64,000 nucleotides of DNA from Longimicrobiales bacterium. GTDB lineage: Bacteria; Gemmatimonadota; Gemmatimonadetes; Longimicrobiales; Gaopeijiaceae. The translations under genes were made by a program, and so were the position numbers. Below, one piece after another: positions 40,537 to 50,622 of this stretch. Below the pieces are notes generated by a model, which made no database searches, was not told where the DNA came from, and saw only the letters and a program-made list of their open reading frames with translations. The stretch is from positions 512,001-576,000 of the forward strand of contig OZ241869.1 in NCBI GenBank assembly GCA_965202805.1, written 5' to 3'. Position 1 is the first letter of the stretch, and every line of letters begins with the position of its first letter.

Positions 40537-41178
40537 TCAGCTGCCGATCCCGAAGCAGTAGAAGAAGCCGTTGCCGCCGGTGCCCTGCAGGTCTTCCTGG
40601 CCGCAGCCGCGCGAGGCGTGCGCCGAGTTCCAGGAGGTAGGGTTCTGCCCGCCGCCCACGCGGTCGTGGTGGCCCACCAGCGCGCTGCCGTCGCTGCCGT
40701 TGCTGGTCCAGTTCTCGCAGGTGGTGTCGCCGTCCTCGCCGGAGGCCATGCCGTCCATGGTCGACCCGGTGATGATGTCGTGCATGTTGGGCGAGTCGCC
40801 CCGGCCGTTCACCTGGTCGCCGCGCTCGGTGAGCGAGTTCTCCTTGCCGAGCAGGTTGTCCTCGGAGTGGAGGTCGTCCAGGTCCCGGGCCACCATGGTG
40901 CCGGCGTAGTTGTACCAGGGGCCGTCGCCGATGCGGTCGCGGGCGTTCTCTCCGGACTCGCCGGTCGTGCTCAGGTAGGCGCGCCAGATCAGGTCGCCGG
41001 CGCCCACCGCGTAGGCGCGGTCCTGGCAGATCTGATCGGCTCCCTGGAGGCCGCCGAGGTTCGCCCCGTCGCCGGACCCGGCGCTGGTGAGGAAGAAGTT
41101 CATCTGACCGCTCTGTGCGGCCGCGGCCGGGGCGGGCAGCACGAGCATCATGGCGAGGATCGGGAGTAGCTTTCGCAT
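40537..41178 (-). CDS. Secreted endostatin / C-type-lectin-like protein
   Basis: Signal peptide; GANLGGLQGADQIC, WRAYLS, ARDRIG and FYCF motifs. Confidence 0.7.
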   Translation of the reverse strand: MRKLLPILAMMLVLPAPAAAAQSGQMNFFLTSAGSGDGANLGGLQGADQICQDRAYAVGAGDLIWRAYLSTTGESGENARDRIGDGPWYNYAGTMVARDLDDLHSEDNLLGKENSLTERGDQVNGRGDSPNMHDIITGSTMDGMASGEDGDTTCENWTSNGSDGSALVGHHDRVGGGQNPTSWNSAHASRGCGQEDLQGTGGNGFFYCFGIGS

Positions 41179-41499
41179 GGGTTTCTCCTGTTGCCGGGGC
41201 GGCCGGCAGCCATCGCGATGATGGTTGCGCCTCGGCCGGACGCGTGTCCGCCTCGATGGTTGCCCGGGACCGCCTGGAAGCGCCTAGTTGCGAACTTCCA
41301 GATTGGGCGGCCCCGGCACACCCGGCAAGATCATCCGGCCGTTTCCGGATGTCCCGCGAGGATGTCGTCCGGCCCGATCATCCACCGCACCCCCGCGCCT
41401 CCCGGTCTTGCCGGGCGGCGACCTGCGGTTCAATACTGGCACGGACAGCGGCCTGGTGCCGTGCCCCCGGAAGCCGCAAACCACTCCCCGTCAACACGG

Positions 41500-41982
41500 A
41501 TGGAACTCATGCCAGGAATTCGCAGATGGAGCCCGTGGTCGTTGGCCGCACTTCTCGCCGCCGTGGGCTGTGGCGGCGGAGATGCGGGCGAGTCGATGGA
41601 CGACGCCGGGATGGCCGGGGAAGCCGCCATGGACGACGGCGCGATGAGGGTCCACATCACCGAACCCGCCGACGGCTCGACGGTCGAGGGCAACTCCGTT
41701 CGGGTGGTGTTCGAAGTCGACAACCTCGAGGTCGTCGAGGCGGGTATCATGGACCCCGGCACCGGGCATCATCATCTGCTGATCAACGCCGACCTCACGC
41801 CTCCCGACCTGCCCATTCCCGCGGTGGAGGGCAGCCACGTCCACTTCGGCCTGGCGCAGACCGAGTACGAGATGACGGACCTGGCGCCCGGCGACTACAC
41901 GATCATCGCGGTCGTCGCCGACGGCTTGCACGTGCCGCTGCAGCCCTGGGTCGTCGACACGGTTCGCTTCACCGTTCGCTAG
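41500..41982 (+). CDS. DUF4399-family lipoprotein (His-rich, probable metal binding)
   Basis: Lipobox AVGC; ITEPADG, TGHHHLLIN, HVHFG.AQTE and DGLH motifs. Confidence 0.75.
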   Translation: MELMPGIRRWSPWSLAALLAAVGCGGGDAGESMDDAGMAGEAAMDDGAMRVHITEPADGSTVEGNSVRVVFEVDNLEVVEAGIMDPGTGHHHLLINADLTPPDLPIPAVEGSHVHFGLAQTEYEMTDLAPGDYTIIAVVADGLHVPLQPWVVDTVRFTVR

Positions 41983-42055
41983 CGCGGAACCTCCCTGCTC
42001 CCACCGGGTCCCGAGCCGGAATCGGGGCCCGGGGGTGAGTTGTGGATCAACTCCC

Positions 42056-42449
42056 CTATCGGGTGCAGGCGATCTCCCCGGGTCCCTCCGGGCCACCCAG
42101 ATCGGTCGCCGCCGCGTCACCGTAATAGACCGAGCACCCGTCGGCTTCTCCGAACGCCTCGTGGGTCGCGGTCGCGGACCAGCCCGTGCCCGATGCTTCC
42201 TCGATGTCGACGGTCACCCGATCCGAGGAAGCGAACGCGAGGTCGTCGAAGTCGTCCGAGTAGGTGAGTTCGTCGGCGTAGTGGATCTCCTGCTGGGTGG
42301 CCAGATTCCTGAGATCCGCCTGCATCGTCGCCACGAAGGCCCGGTTCGCGCGCCGCCGTCAGCCTGGGAATCGCGATGGTGGCGAGAATGCCGATGATCA
42401 GAGTCACCAGAAGTAGCTCGATGAGAGAAAAACCGTGTGAACCGCGCAT
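42056..42449 (-). pseudogene. Type IV pilin-like protein interrupted by a +1 frameshift
   Basis: Prepilin N-terminus GFSLIELLLVTLIIGILATIAIP in one frame and MQADLRNLATQQEIHY..C..C in another; removing one base at 42343/42344 restores a 130-aa ORF. Confidence 0.85.
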
Positions 42450-42843
42450 TGCCCCCCCTGTGGATGATTGTCTCGCGCGGTTTCCGGGCCGCGCTCCCCG
42501 TTCGCACCCCATGAATCCAAACACTCCGGGCCGGGCGTTGCCATGACTCGATGGGACGTCATGGGCGGCGCCCTTCGTGACGCGGCGGGAAGCCGGCAAC
42601 GGAGAGCCCGGGGACGCGGCCGTCAGGGCATGCAGACCGCCGGAGTCGTGACCGGGGAGGGACGGGCGAACGGAAGGGCCCGGCGCACGCAGCGCGCGGC
42701 TCGCATCTACCGCACTGCTTGCGCTCCACGTTAGACTATCCGTCGGTGGGAGCCGAAGCGGAAGCGGACTCTGCGGCGACAGGGAGCCCGCGCAACCCAA
42801 ACGACATGCGCCGGCTCAACGTGAGCCCGCGCGGAGGGCGGAC

Positions 42844-44142
42844 ATGGAAAACGGCGGGGCGGAGAACGGCACTCTTTCGATTACCGACAATCGTACCGGC
42901 GCCAGGTACGAGGTCGACATCCTCGAAGGCGATGTCATCCGGGCCATGGACCTGCGCCGGATCAAGGTCCGGGACTCGGATTTCGGCATGATGGCGTACG
43001 ATCCCGGCTTCTCGAACACGGCCAACACCCGCAGCACCATCACCTACATCGACGGCTCCAAGGGGATCCTGCAGTACCGCGGCTATCCCATCGAGCAGCT
43101 CGCCGGGAAGGCCACGTTCCTGGAAGTGGCCTACCTGATCCTCAAGGGTGAGCTGCCGTCGTCCGACGAACTGGACGCCTTCCGCGACGAAGTCAGGATT
43201 CACACCTACATCCACGAGAACCTGACCAAGCTGATCGACGCCTTCCGCTACAACGCGCACGCGATGGGCATGGCGATCAGCACGGTGGCGGCGATGTCCA
43301 CCTTCTATCCGGAAGCCAGGAACATCCACGACCCGGAGAATCGCTGGAAGCAGATCGTGCGCCTGATCGCCAAGATGCCGACGATCGCCGCCTTCACCTA
43401 CCGCCATCACAAGGGGCTCCCGCTCGCCTATCCCGACAACGCCCTCAACTACACGCAGAACTTCCTCTCGATGCTCTTCCGCGTAGGCGTGCGCGAGTAC
43501 GAGCCTCATCCGGCGCTGGAGCGTGCCCTGGAGGTGCTCTTCATCCTCCACGCCGACCACGAGCAGAACTGCTCCACGACCGCGATGCGGGTCATCGGCA
43601 GCTCCCAGTCCGACCCCTATTCCGCGCACGCGGGCGCCATGGCGGCGCTGTTCGGGCCCCTCCACGGGGGCGCCAACGAGGCCGTCCTGCGCATGCTGGA
43701 GGAAATCGGCAGCACCGACAACATCCCCGGGTTCATGGAGAGCGTGAAGCGGGGGGAACGGCGCCTGATGGGCTTCGGACACCGCGTGTACAAGGCCTAC
43801 GATCCGCGCGCCAGCATCATCAAGGAGACGGCCCACGAGGTGTTCGAGGTGCTGGGCCAGAACCCGCTTCTCGACATCGCCCTGGAACTCGAAAGGATCG
43901 CGCTGGGAGAGGAGTACTTCATCCGGCGCAACCTGTATCCCAACGTCGACTTCTATTCGGGCCTCATCTATCAGTCGATGGGGTTCCCGTCGGAGATGTT
44001 CCCGTTGCTCTTCGCCATTCCCCGGACCGTGGGCTGGCTCACGCAGTGGGAGGAGATGATCAACGACCGCGAGCAGCGCATCGCCCGTCCGCGCCAGGTG
44101 TTCGTGGGATCCGGGGAGCGTCCCTACGCGCCAGGCGGTTGA
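42844..44142 (+). CDS. gltA: Citrate synthase
   Basis: YRGYPIEQL, HADHEQNCST, GPLHGGANE, GFGHRVYK and YPNVDFYSG motifs. Confidence 0.96.
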   Translation: MENGGAENGTLSITDNRTGARYEVDILEGDVIRAMDLRRIKVRDSDFGMMAYDPGFSNTANTRSTITYIDGSKGILQYRGYPIEQLAGKATFLEVAYLILKGELPSSDELDAFRDEVRIHTYIHENLTKLIDAFRYNAHAMGMAISTVAAMSTFYPEARNIHDPENRWKQIVRLIAKMPTIAAFTYRHHKGLPLAYPDNALNYTQNFLSMLFRVGVREYEPHPALERALEVLFILHADHEQNCSTTAMRVIGSSQSDPYSAHAGAMAALFGPLHGGANEAVLRMLEEIGSTDNIPGFMESVKRGERRLMGFGHRVYKAYDPRASIIKETAHEVFEVLGQNPLLDIALELERIALGEEYFIRRNLYPNVDFYSGLIYQSMGFPSEMFPLLFAIPRTVGWLTQWEEMINDREQRIARPRQVFVGSGERPYAPGG

Positions 44143-45041
44143 TCGAACTCCTCGACCTCGAACATCTGGGTCTCAGGGGCGCGATCTCGTCCGTTCTGCT
44201 GGAGATCCCCGAGCCCGTTCTGGTCGATCCGGGACCCGCGACCTGCCTGGACATGCTCCGGGCGCGCCTGGCGGAGCGGGGTCTTGCGGTCGCCGACCTG
44301 CGCGCCGTCGTCCTCACCCACATCCATCTGGATCACGCCGGCGCCACGGGGCACCTGGTGAGCGAAAACGACGGCCTGAGCGTGCATGTCCACACGGACG
44401 CGGCGCCCCACGTAGCGGATCCGGACCGCCTGGTGCGGAGCACGCGGCGCACCTTCGGCGAAGCCCATGACCGCCTGTGGGGAGAGGTGCGCCCGGTCCC
44501 GGCCCGCAACATCCGTCCCTGGGAGCCGGGCGACCGCTCTCCGCTGCGGCTCCTGCGCCCCATCGCCACGCCGGGCCACATCGGCCATCACGTTGCCTGG
44601 CTGCACGACCGCGACGGCGTACTGCTCTGCGGCGACGCGCTGGGCGTGATCCTCGATCGCCGCGCCCCGGTGCATCCCCCCACGCCCGCGCCCGGAGTGG
44701 ACGCAGCGGCCTGGCAGGAGACGCTCGAGCGGGTGCGGGTCTACGATCCCGACCGCTTCGCGGTGGCGCACTTCGGCATCTACGACGACTTCGAGGCGCG
44801 GCGGATGGAGTTGAGCGAAGCGCTGGCGGCGCTCGAGGACAGGGTGCGGGCCGGTGCGGGTGCGGACGACGCCCGGCTGGCCGCGGAGTTCGAGGCCGAG
44901 ACGAGGGATCGGCAGGCGGCGGTGATCGGGCGGGAGAGAGCCCACCGCTACTTCGATGTCTTCAACGCGGGCAACGACTGGGCGGGAATGCGGCTCTACC
45001 TGAAGCGGCTGCGGCACAGGCAGGACGAGACTCCCGCTTGA
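44139..45041 (+). CDS. Metallo-beta-lactamase-fold hydrolase
   Basis: THIHLDHAG, TPGH..HH, CGD and AHFG motifs; TTG start overlaps the gltA stop. Confidence 0.85.
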   Translation: MIELLDLEHLGLRGAISSVLLEIPEPVLVDPGPATCLDMLRARLAERGLAVADLRAVVLTHIHLDHAGATGHLVSENDGLSVHVHTDAAPHVADPDRLVRSTRRTFGEAHDRLWGEVRPVPARNIRPWEPGDRSPLRLLRPIATPGHIGHHVAWLHDRDGVLLCGDALGVILDRRAPVHPPTPAPGVDAAAWQETLERVRVYDPDRFAVAHFGIYDDFEARRMELSEALAALEDRVRAGAGADDARLAAEFEAETRDRQAAVIGRERAHRYFDVFNAGNDWAGMRLYLKRLRHRQDETPA

Positions 45042-45210
45042 CCGTACGCGTCTCATCCCTATCTTTCGCCGTTGACAACGCGGAAGCGAGGATCGCACGT
45101 TCCCTCCACCTTCGGCGCCGAGCGCCGCAGGGTTACGAGACGGGTCGGCCGGCGAGCAGCGTCGATCGGCCACCCGGCATTTCGTGTCCCGGGGTGGCCC
45201 GGGTTTTTTT
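45038..45210 (+). promoter_or_regulatory. infC operon promoter and leader with attenuator (L20-leader-like)
   Basis: TTGACC-16-TATCTT, then a leader ending in hairpin GGCCACCCGG..CCGGGGTGGCC plus T7 (45168-45210) upstream of infC-rpmI-rplT. Confidence 0.55.
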
Positions 45211-45264
45211 GTCCCACGATACCTGCCGGAAGGCGGGTTCATTGAACCACGGAGGAAACAGGCC

Positions 45265-45777
45265 ATAAAGGAACAGAAGATCCGAGTCAACGACCAGATC
45301 AGGATCAGTCCCGTTCGGCTCATCGACGAGCGGGGCGGCCAGGTGGGCATCGTCTCCATAGAGGAGGCGCGCGAACGGGCCGGCAGGGTCGGTCTGGATC
45401 TGGTGGAGGTGGCTCCGGCCGCGCGTCCTCCCGTATGCCGGCTCATGGACTACGGGAAGTACAAGTACAACGCGGCCCGGAAGGCCAAGGAAGCGAAGAA
45501 GAAGCAGCATCACATACAGATCAAGGAAGTGAAGTTCCGGCCCGGAATCGAAGATCACGACTACGGCTTCAAGGTTCGGCACGCCCGCCGCTTCCTGGAC
45601 GAGGGCAACAAGGTGAAGCTGACGATGATGTTTCGCGGGCGACAGCTCTCCCATCCGGAGATCGGGCTGGAGGTGCTGAAGCGGGTGACACAGGATCTGG
45701 AAGAGGTTTCGAAGATAGAGACGCGCCCTGTGAGGGAAGGGCGCACGATGACCATGGTGTTGGCTCCCAGGAGTTGA
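45265..45777 (+). CDS. infC: Translation initiation factor IF-3 (non-canonical ATA start)
   Basis: [21 protein letters not shown] and KEVKFRP motifs; GGAGG 9 nt before an in-frame ATA. Confidence 0.93.
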   Translation: MKEQKIRVNDQIRISPVRLIDERGGQVGIVSIEEARERAGRVGLDLVEVAPAARPPVCRLMDYGKYKYNAARKAKEAKKKQHHIQIKEVKFRPGIEDHDYGFKVRHARRFLDEGNKVKLTMMFRGRQLSHPEIGLEVLKRVTQDLEEVSKIETRPVREGRTMTMVLAPRS

Positions 45778-45779
45778 TC

Positions 45780-45977
45780 GTGCCCAAGATGAAGACCAAT
45801 CGCGGAGCGGCCAAGCGGGTCCGCCGGACCGGCAGCGGCAAGCTCCGCAGGATGCGGGCCTACAAGAGCCACATCCTTACCAAGAAATCCCGGAAGAGGA
45901 AGCGCCGCCTCCGCTCCGCCACGCTGGTCTCCAGCGCGGATGCGCGGAAGCTCGGCCGCCTCCTCCCCAAGTCATAA
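45780..45977 (+). CDS. rpmI: 50S ribosomal protein L35
   Basis: [25 protein letters not shown]. Confidence 0.95.
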   Translation: MPKMKTNRGAAKRVRRTGSGKLRRMRAYKSHILTKKSRKRKRRLRSATLVSSADARKLGRLLPKS

Positions 45978-45998
45978 GGCCGCTGGAGAGATCACCTC

Positions 45999-46361
45999 AT
46001 GCCCAGAACGACCGGCGCCCCCGCGCGCAAACGGCGCAAGAAGAAGATTCTGCGTCAGGCAAAGGGCTATTTCGGTGCCCGCAAGAAGCTGTACCGCACC
46101 GCGAAGGATGCCGTGGAACGCGGTTGGGAATACGCCTACCGGGACCGGAAACAGAAGAAGCGGAACTTCCGGCGGCTCTGGATCACGCGCATCAACGCGG
46201 CCTCGCGACAGCACGATCTGTCCTATTCCCGGTTCATCAACGGCCTTCAGCGGGCGGGCATCGAACTGGACCGCAAGTCGCTGGCGGATCTGGCCGTGCG
46301 CAATCCTGAGGCCTTCGCGGCCCTGGCGGATCGCGCCAAGCAGGGGCTGGCCGGTGCCTGA
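45999..46361 (+). CDS. rplT: 50S ribosomal protein L20
   Basis: [31 protein letters not shown] motifs. Confidence 0.97.
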   Translation: MPRTTGAPARKRRKKKILRQAKGYFGARKKLYRTAKDAVERGWEYAYRDRKQKKRNFRRLWITRINAASRQHDLSYSRFINGLQRAGIELDRKSLADLAVRNPEAFAALADRAKQGLAGA

Positions 46362-46390
46362 GCGCGGTTCGCGCACCTGATCCGACACCC

Positions 46391-47422
46391 GTGTCCGAGG
46401 CCGGCTCTCTCACAGATGAGCTCCGGGCGCTTGAACGGGAGGCGCGGGATGCCATCGACGGCACGAGCGATCCCGCTGCCCTGGAGCGGGTCCGGGTAGC
46501 CTTTCTGGGTCGCAGGGAAGGGCGCGTTTCCCGGATCCTGCGCCAGCTCGGCGGCCTCAGCCCGGAAGCGCGCCCGGTCGTCGGCGCCGAGGCCAACCGG
46601 CTGAAGCGGGTGCTCGGCAGCGCGCTGGAGGCGCGGGAACGCCACCTTGCGCGCAAGCGCCCCGACACCGGTAGGCCGGCGCCGGACCTCACCCTTCCCG
46701 GCCGGAATCGATGGATGGGCGCGCGCCACCCCGTCACGCGGGTCGTGGACGAGATCTGCGACATCTTCGCGCGCCTGGGGTTCACGCGGGCCCGGGGGCC
46801 CGAGGCGGAGACCGAGTGGTACAACTTCGTTGCGCTGAACACGCCGCTGGACCACCCCGCCGCGGACGAGCAGGACACCCTCTACCTGAAGGGCGGGGGG
46901 CTCCTGCGCAGCCACACCTCCCCGGTCCAGATCCGGATCCTCGAGGAACACCGGCCGCCGGTGCGCATCCTGGCTCCCGGCCCCGCCTACCGGCGCGACA
47001 CCTGGGACGCGACGCACGCGCCCGCGTTCTTTCAGATCGAGGGGCTGGCGGTGGATGAGGGCATCAACTTCGTGGACTTCAAGGCGACCCTCTCCGAGTT
47101 CGCGCGCCGGTTCTGGGGACCCGGCACGCGCGTCCGCTTCCGGCCCGGCTACTTCCCGTTCACGGAACCGAGCGCCGAGGTCGACGTGAAGCGGCGCGTG
47201 GTGCGCGCGGACGGCAGCGTCGAGGAGACCGCCTGGCTGGAGATCATGGGAGCCGGAATGGTCGATCCGGCGGTGCTCGAGAACGTGGGCATCGATCCCG
47301 AACGCTACTCGGGCTGGGCCTTCGGCATGGGGCCCGCGCGCATCGCCATGATCAAGTACGGGATCACGGACATCCGCACGCTCTACGAGAACGACATCCG
47401 CTTCCTTTCCCAGTTCGCATGA
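46391..47422 (+). CDS. pheS: Phenylalanyl-tRNA synthetase alpha subunit
   Basis: LRSHTSPVQ, FFQIEGL, YFPFTEPS and GWAFGMG motifs. Confidence 0.96.
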   Translation: MSEAGSLTDELRALEREARDAIDGTSDPAALERVRVAFLGRREGRVSRILRQLGGLSPEARPVVGAEANRLKRVLGSALEARERHLARKRPDTGRPAPDLTLPGRNRWMGARHPVTRVVDEICDIFARLGFTRARGPEAETEWYNFVALNTPLDHPAADEQDTLYLKGGGLLRSHTSPVQIRILEEHRPPVRILAPGPAYRRDTWDATHAPAFFQIEGLAVDEGINFVDFKATLSEFARRFWGPGTRVRFRPGYFPFTEPSAEVDVKRRVVRADGSVEETAWLEIMGAGMVDPAVLENVGIDPERYSGWAFGMGPARIAMIKYGITDIRTLYENDIRFLSQFA

Positions 47423-49836
47423 ACGTCTCGCGCCGGTGGTTGCGGGCGGTTGCGCCGGGACTCGACCTGGACGCCGGGGAGATCGCGGCCCGGCTGGCCA
47501 TGCGCGGCGCGCCCGTGGAAGGGATCACCGACCTGGTCGCGGAGATCGGCGGAGTGGTGATCGGCCGCGTGGAGCGCGTGCGCCGGCACCCGAATGCGGA
47601 CCGGCTGTCCGTCTGCGAGGTCGACAGCGGAAACGGGACCGTGCAGGTGGTGTGCGGAGCGCCCAACGTCCGCGCGGGCGCGTGCTACCCCTTTGTGCCG
47701 GTGGGCGCCGTCCTGCCCGGCAACGTGCGCATCAAGCGCGTCCGCATCCGCGGACAGGAGTCGCGCGGCATGCTCTGCTCGGCCCGCGAACTGGGGCTGG
47801 GCACCGACCACAGGGGCATCCTCGAGCTGGCGGGGCAGTTCGAGCCGGGAAGCGCCTTCGCCCCCGCGGTGCACCTGGACGACCATCGCCTGGATGTCGA
47901 GGTCTCGCCCAACCGGGGCGACCTGCTCTCCCACGTGGGGGTGGCGCGCGAGCTGGTCGGCGAAGGCGGGCTCCGTCCGGCCGACCTGCCCGGAGCGGTC
48001 GAGCACGAACTCACGGTGCGCACCGGGTCGGCGGTGGTCGACGCGGAGGGGGTGCGCGTCCGCATCGACGACCCCCGGCAGTGCTGGCGCTACATGGCGG
48101 CGGTCGTGCGCGGAGTGCGCGTCGGGCCCTCCCCGGAATGGCTGGCGTCGCGCCTGCGGGCCGCGGGCGCGCAGCCCATCAACAACGTGGTGGACGCCAC
48201 CAACTACGTGCTGCTCGAGCTGGGTCAGCCGCTGCACGCCTTCGATCTGGCGAAGGTCGAAGGGCCCGAGATCGTGGTCCGGGGGGCCCGGCCGGGCGAG
48301 ACGCTGCGGACGCTCGACGGGGAGCGCCGCGAACTGGACGAGGGAATGCTCCTCATCTGCGATCCCGGAGAGGCGCTGGCCATCGCGGGGGTCATGGGCG
48401 GTGGCGACTCGGAGATCGGCGAGGGAACCACGGACGTTCTCCTGGAATGCGCGCTCTTCAACCCGAAGGGAGTGCGCGAGGTGCGCCGCGCGCTGGGCAT
48501 GTCGACCGACGCCAGCTACCGCTTCGAACGCGGCGTCGACCCCGCCGGGCTCGAGCGGGCCATTCGGCGCACGGTCTCGATCATCGTGGCCACCGCGGGA
48601 GGCGAGCCGGCACCCACCCTCCTGGACGCCTGCCCGCGGCCCTGGCGCGCCCCGGTCGTGGCGCTCCGTCCCGAGCGGGTCGGACGGCTGCTGGGCGTGG
48701 AGTTCGAGGCCGGTGACATCGCGGAGCTGCTCGAGCCGCTGGGATACCGCTGCAGGCCGGCCGGCGGCGCGATCGAGGTCACGGTCCCGGGGCACCGGAG
48801 CTACGACACCCTTCGCGAGGTCGACCTGATCGAGGAGGTCGCGCGCGTCTACGGCTACGATCGCTTCCCGGACAGCCTGGGCGCCTTCCGCCCGGGGACG
48901 GTCCCGGACGACCCCCTCCTGCGGCTGCACGACCGCCTCAGGACGACCCTGGTGGGCCGCGGGTTCCTGGAGGCGCACACGACCGCCTTCGCGCCCGCGG
49001 GAGAGGGGGAGGTGGAGGTCGTCAATCCGGTATCCGCGGAAGAGAGCCACCTTCGCGGGACCGTGCTCTTCGGGCTTCTGCACGCGGTCGAACACAACTT
49101 CGCGCGAGGCGCCCGGGACATCCGGCTGTTCGACATGGGCGCGGTATTCCGGGCCGACGGGTCGGGCGGGTTGCCGCGCGAGACGAATCGACTCGCGGTC
49201 GCGGTGACCGGGCGGCGGCGGCCCCGCCACTGGTCCGCCGGGGACCTGTCCTGGGACGAGTGGGAGCTGCGCGGCCTGGTCGAGGAACTGCTCGCGGTCG
49301 TGCTCCCGGAGGACGGTTCGGTGGAGCCCGGCACCTTCGACCCGGCCTTCTTCGAGGGAGGGTGCGAGTTTCTGCTGCGGGCCGCCGACGGCTCGGTGGT
49401 GGGCGGTGCCGGCAGGGTGCGCGCAGACCGGGTGGACGCCCCCGTCTGGGCCGGACCGGTCTGGGGGCTGGAACTCGAACTGGGCGACGGCGCCGGCGAG
49501 AGGCCCGATCCGGCCTTCCGTCCGCTTCCCGCCTTCCCGGCGGTAGAGCGCGATCTTGCCCTGCTGATTCCGGATTCGCTGCCGGCCCGGCAGGTGCTGG
49601 GGTTCATCGAGGAGCGCGGGGGCCGGGATCTCGTCGAGGTCTCCGTCTTCGACCTGTTCCGGGGCGGGGACGTGCCGGGTGGCTGCCGCTCCGTGGGCTT
49701 CCGCCTGCGCTTTCAGTCGGGCCGTCGTACCCTGACGGATGCCGCCGTCGATCGTGCGGTGCGGCGTCTCGTCCAGCGACTCAAGGAGGAGTTTGGTGTC
49801 GAACCCAGAGCAGGCGCCGCAGGATCCGGGCGCTAG
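47419..49836 (+). CDS. pheT: Phenylalanyl-tRNA synthetase beta subunit
   Basis: HPNADRL, VCGAPNV, PNRGDLLS, RFERGVD and DLIEEVAR motifs. Confidence 0.96.
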   Translation: MNVSRRWLRAVAPGLDLDAGEIAARLAMRGAPVEGITDLVAEIGGVVIGRVERVRRHPNADRLSVCEVDSGNGTVQVVCGAPNVRAGACYPFVPVGAVLPGNVRIKRVRIRGQESRGMLCSARELGLGTDHRGILELAGQFEPGSAFAPAVHLDDHRLDVEVSPNRGDLLSHVGVARELVGEGGLRPADLPGAVEHELTVRTGSAVVDAEGVRVRIDDPRQCWRYMAAVVRGVRVGPSPEWLASRLRAAGAQPINNVVDATNYVLLELGQPLHAFDLAKVEGPEIVVRGARPGETLRTLDGERRELDEGMLLICDPGEALAIAGVMGGGDSEIGEGTTDVLLECALFNPKGVREVRRALGMSTDASYRFERGVDPAGLERAIRRTVSIIVATAGGEPAPTLLDACPRPWRAPVVALRPERVGRLLGVEFEAGDIAELLEPLGYRCRPAGGAIEVTVPGHRSYDTLREVDLIEEVARVYGYDRFPDSLGAFRPGTVPDDPLLRLHDRLRTTLVGRGFLEAHTTAFAPAGEGEVEVVNPVSAEESHLRGTVLFGLLHAVEHNFARGARDIRLFDMGAVFRADGSGGLPRETNRLAVAVTGRRRPRHWSAGDLSWDEWELRGLVEELLAVVLPEDGSVEPGTFDPAFFEGGCEFLLRAADGSVVGGAGRVRADRVDAPVWAGPVWGLELELGDGAGERPDPAFRPLPAFPAVERDLALLIPDSLPARQVLGFIEERGGRDLVEVSVFDLFRGGDVPGGCRSVGFRLRFQSGRRTLTDAAVDRAVRRLVQRLKEEFGVEPRAGAAGSGR

Positions 49837-50113
49837 CGAGTCCTTCGCGCGCCTGGAGTCGGCGGTCAGGCGCCTGATCCGGAGGAGCGCGGAGCTGAGA
49901 GCCGAACTGCGGTCGGCCCGCGAGCGAAACCGGGAGCTCGTGGAACTCCTTGCTCCCGTCGCCGAAGGCGAAGTCAGCCCGGAAAGCGTGCTGGAGAGAC
50001 TGCGCGCGGCGGAGGACGAAAGGCAGGAGTTCGCGGGACGTCTCGAACGGGGCCGCGAGGTCGTGGAGAGGATGATGGCGCGGATTCGATTCCTGGAGGA
50101 TCAGGATGGCTGA
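49796..50113 (+). CDS. Coiled-coil ZapB-like protein
   Basis: Coiled-coil sequence, GGAGGAG RBS before GTG, located between pheT and zapA. Confidence 0.6.
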   Translation: MSNPEQAPQDPGASESFARLESAVRRLIRRSAELRAELRSARERNRELVELLAPVAEGEVSPESVLERLRAAEDERQEFAGRLERGREVVERMMARIRFLEDQDG

Positions 50114-50417
50114 GACCGACAAGGCGGTATCCCTGACGGTGGAAATCGGGGGCGAGAAGTACGCCATCCGATCCACCGCCGACCGCGAGGACGTCGAGCG
50201 ATGCGCCCGTTTCCTGGACGAGAACATCAGCGAGGTCCACCGGCGCGCCGGGCTGATGGACGCGTACAAGGCCACGATTCTCGCGGCGCTTTCCATCACC
50301 GCCCGGTACTTCGAGGCTCAGGCCGATCTGGCCGATCTGCGTGCGCGGACGACGCTCAGGTCCGGCTCCCTCGCCGAAGAGGTCGAGGCCGAGTTGAAGG
50401 AGGATGCGGGATCCTGA
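50106..50417 (+). CDS. zapA: Cell division protein ZapA
   Basis: VEIGGEKYAI..ILAALSI pattern; pheT-zapA-rny synteny. Confidence 0.85.
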   Translation: MAETDKAVSLTVEIGGEKYAIRSTADREDVERCARFLDENISEVHRRAGLMDAYKATILAALSITARYFEAQADLADLRARTTLRSGSLAEEVEAELKEDAGS

Positions 50418-50486
50418 TCCCGGCGATACGGGATCCTGATCGCGACTCGTCGCTTGCGCCGGTCCTCTCCATCCTCCTATTGTGAC

Positions 50487-50622
50487 GCGTTTTAGGAGGA
50501 TTTCGCCCGTCGCCTTCGGTATGGCGCGCGCGCAGAATCGATCAGGGTCGGGTTCGTCTTCGGTCGGAGCGGCCCCACTGAAAAGGAACTGGCAGGCGCG
50601 CGTGCGCCTGATCCGGAGCGCA
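50487..50622 (+). ncRNA. Candidate 6S-like RNA or structured rny leader
   Basis: Gap between zapA and rny with a promoter-like TTGCGC-18-TATTGT and an irregular long hairpin; 6S RNA often lies downstream of zapA. It is shorter than a typical 6S RNA. Confidence 0.35.

Noticed and set aside
42450..42843. ORFs in the pilin-gltA intergenic region
   Set aside because: No motifs or convincing RBS; probably divergent promoter space.
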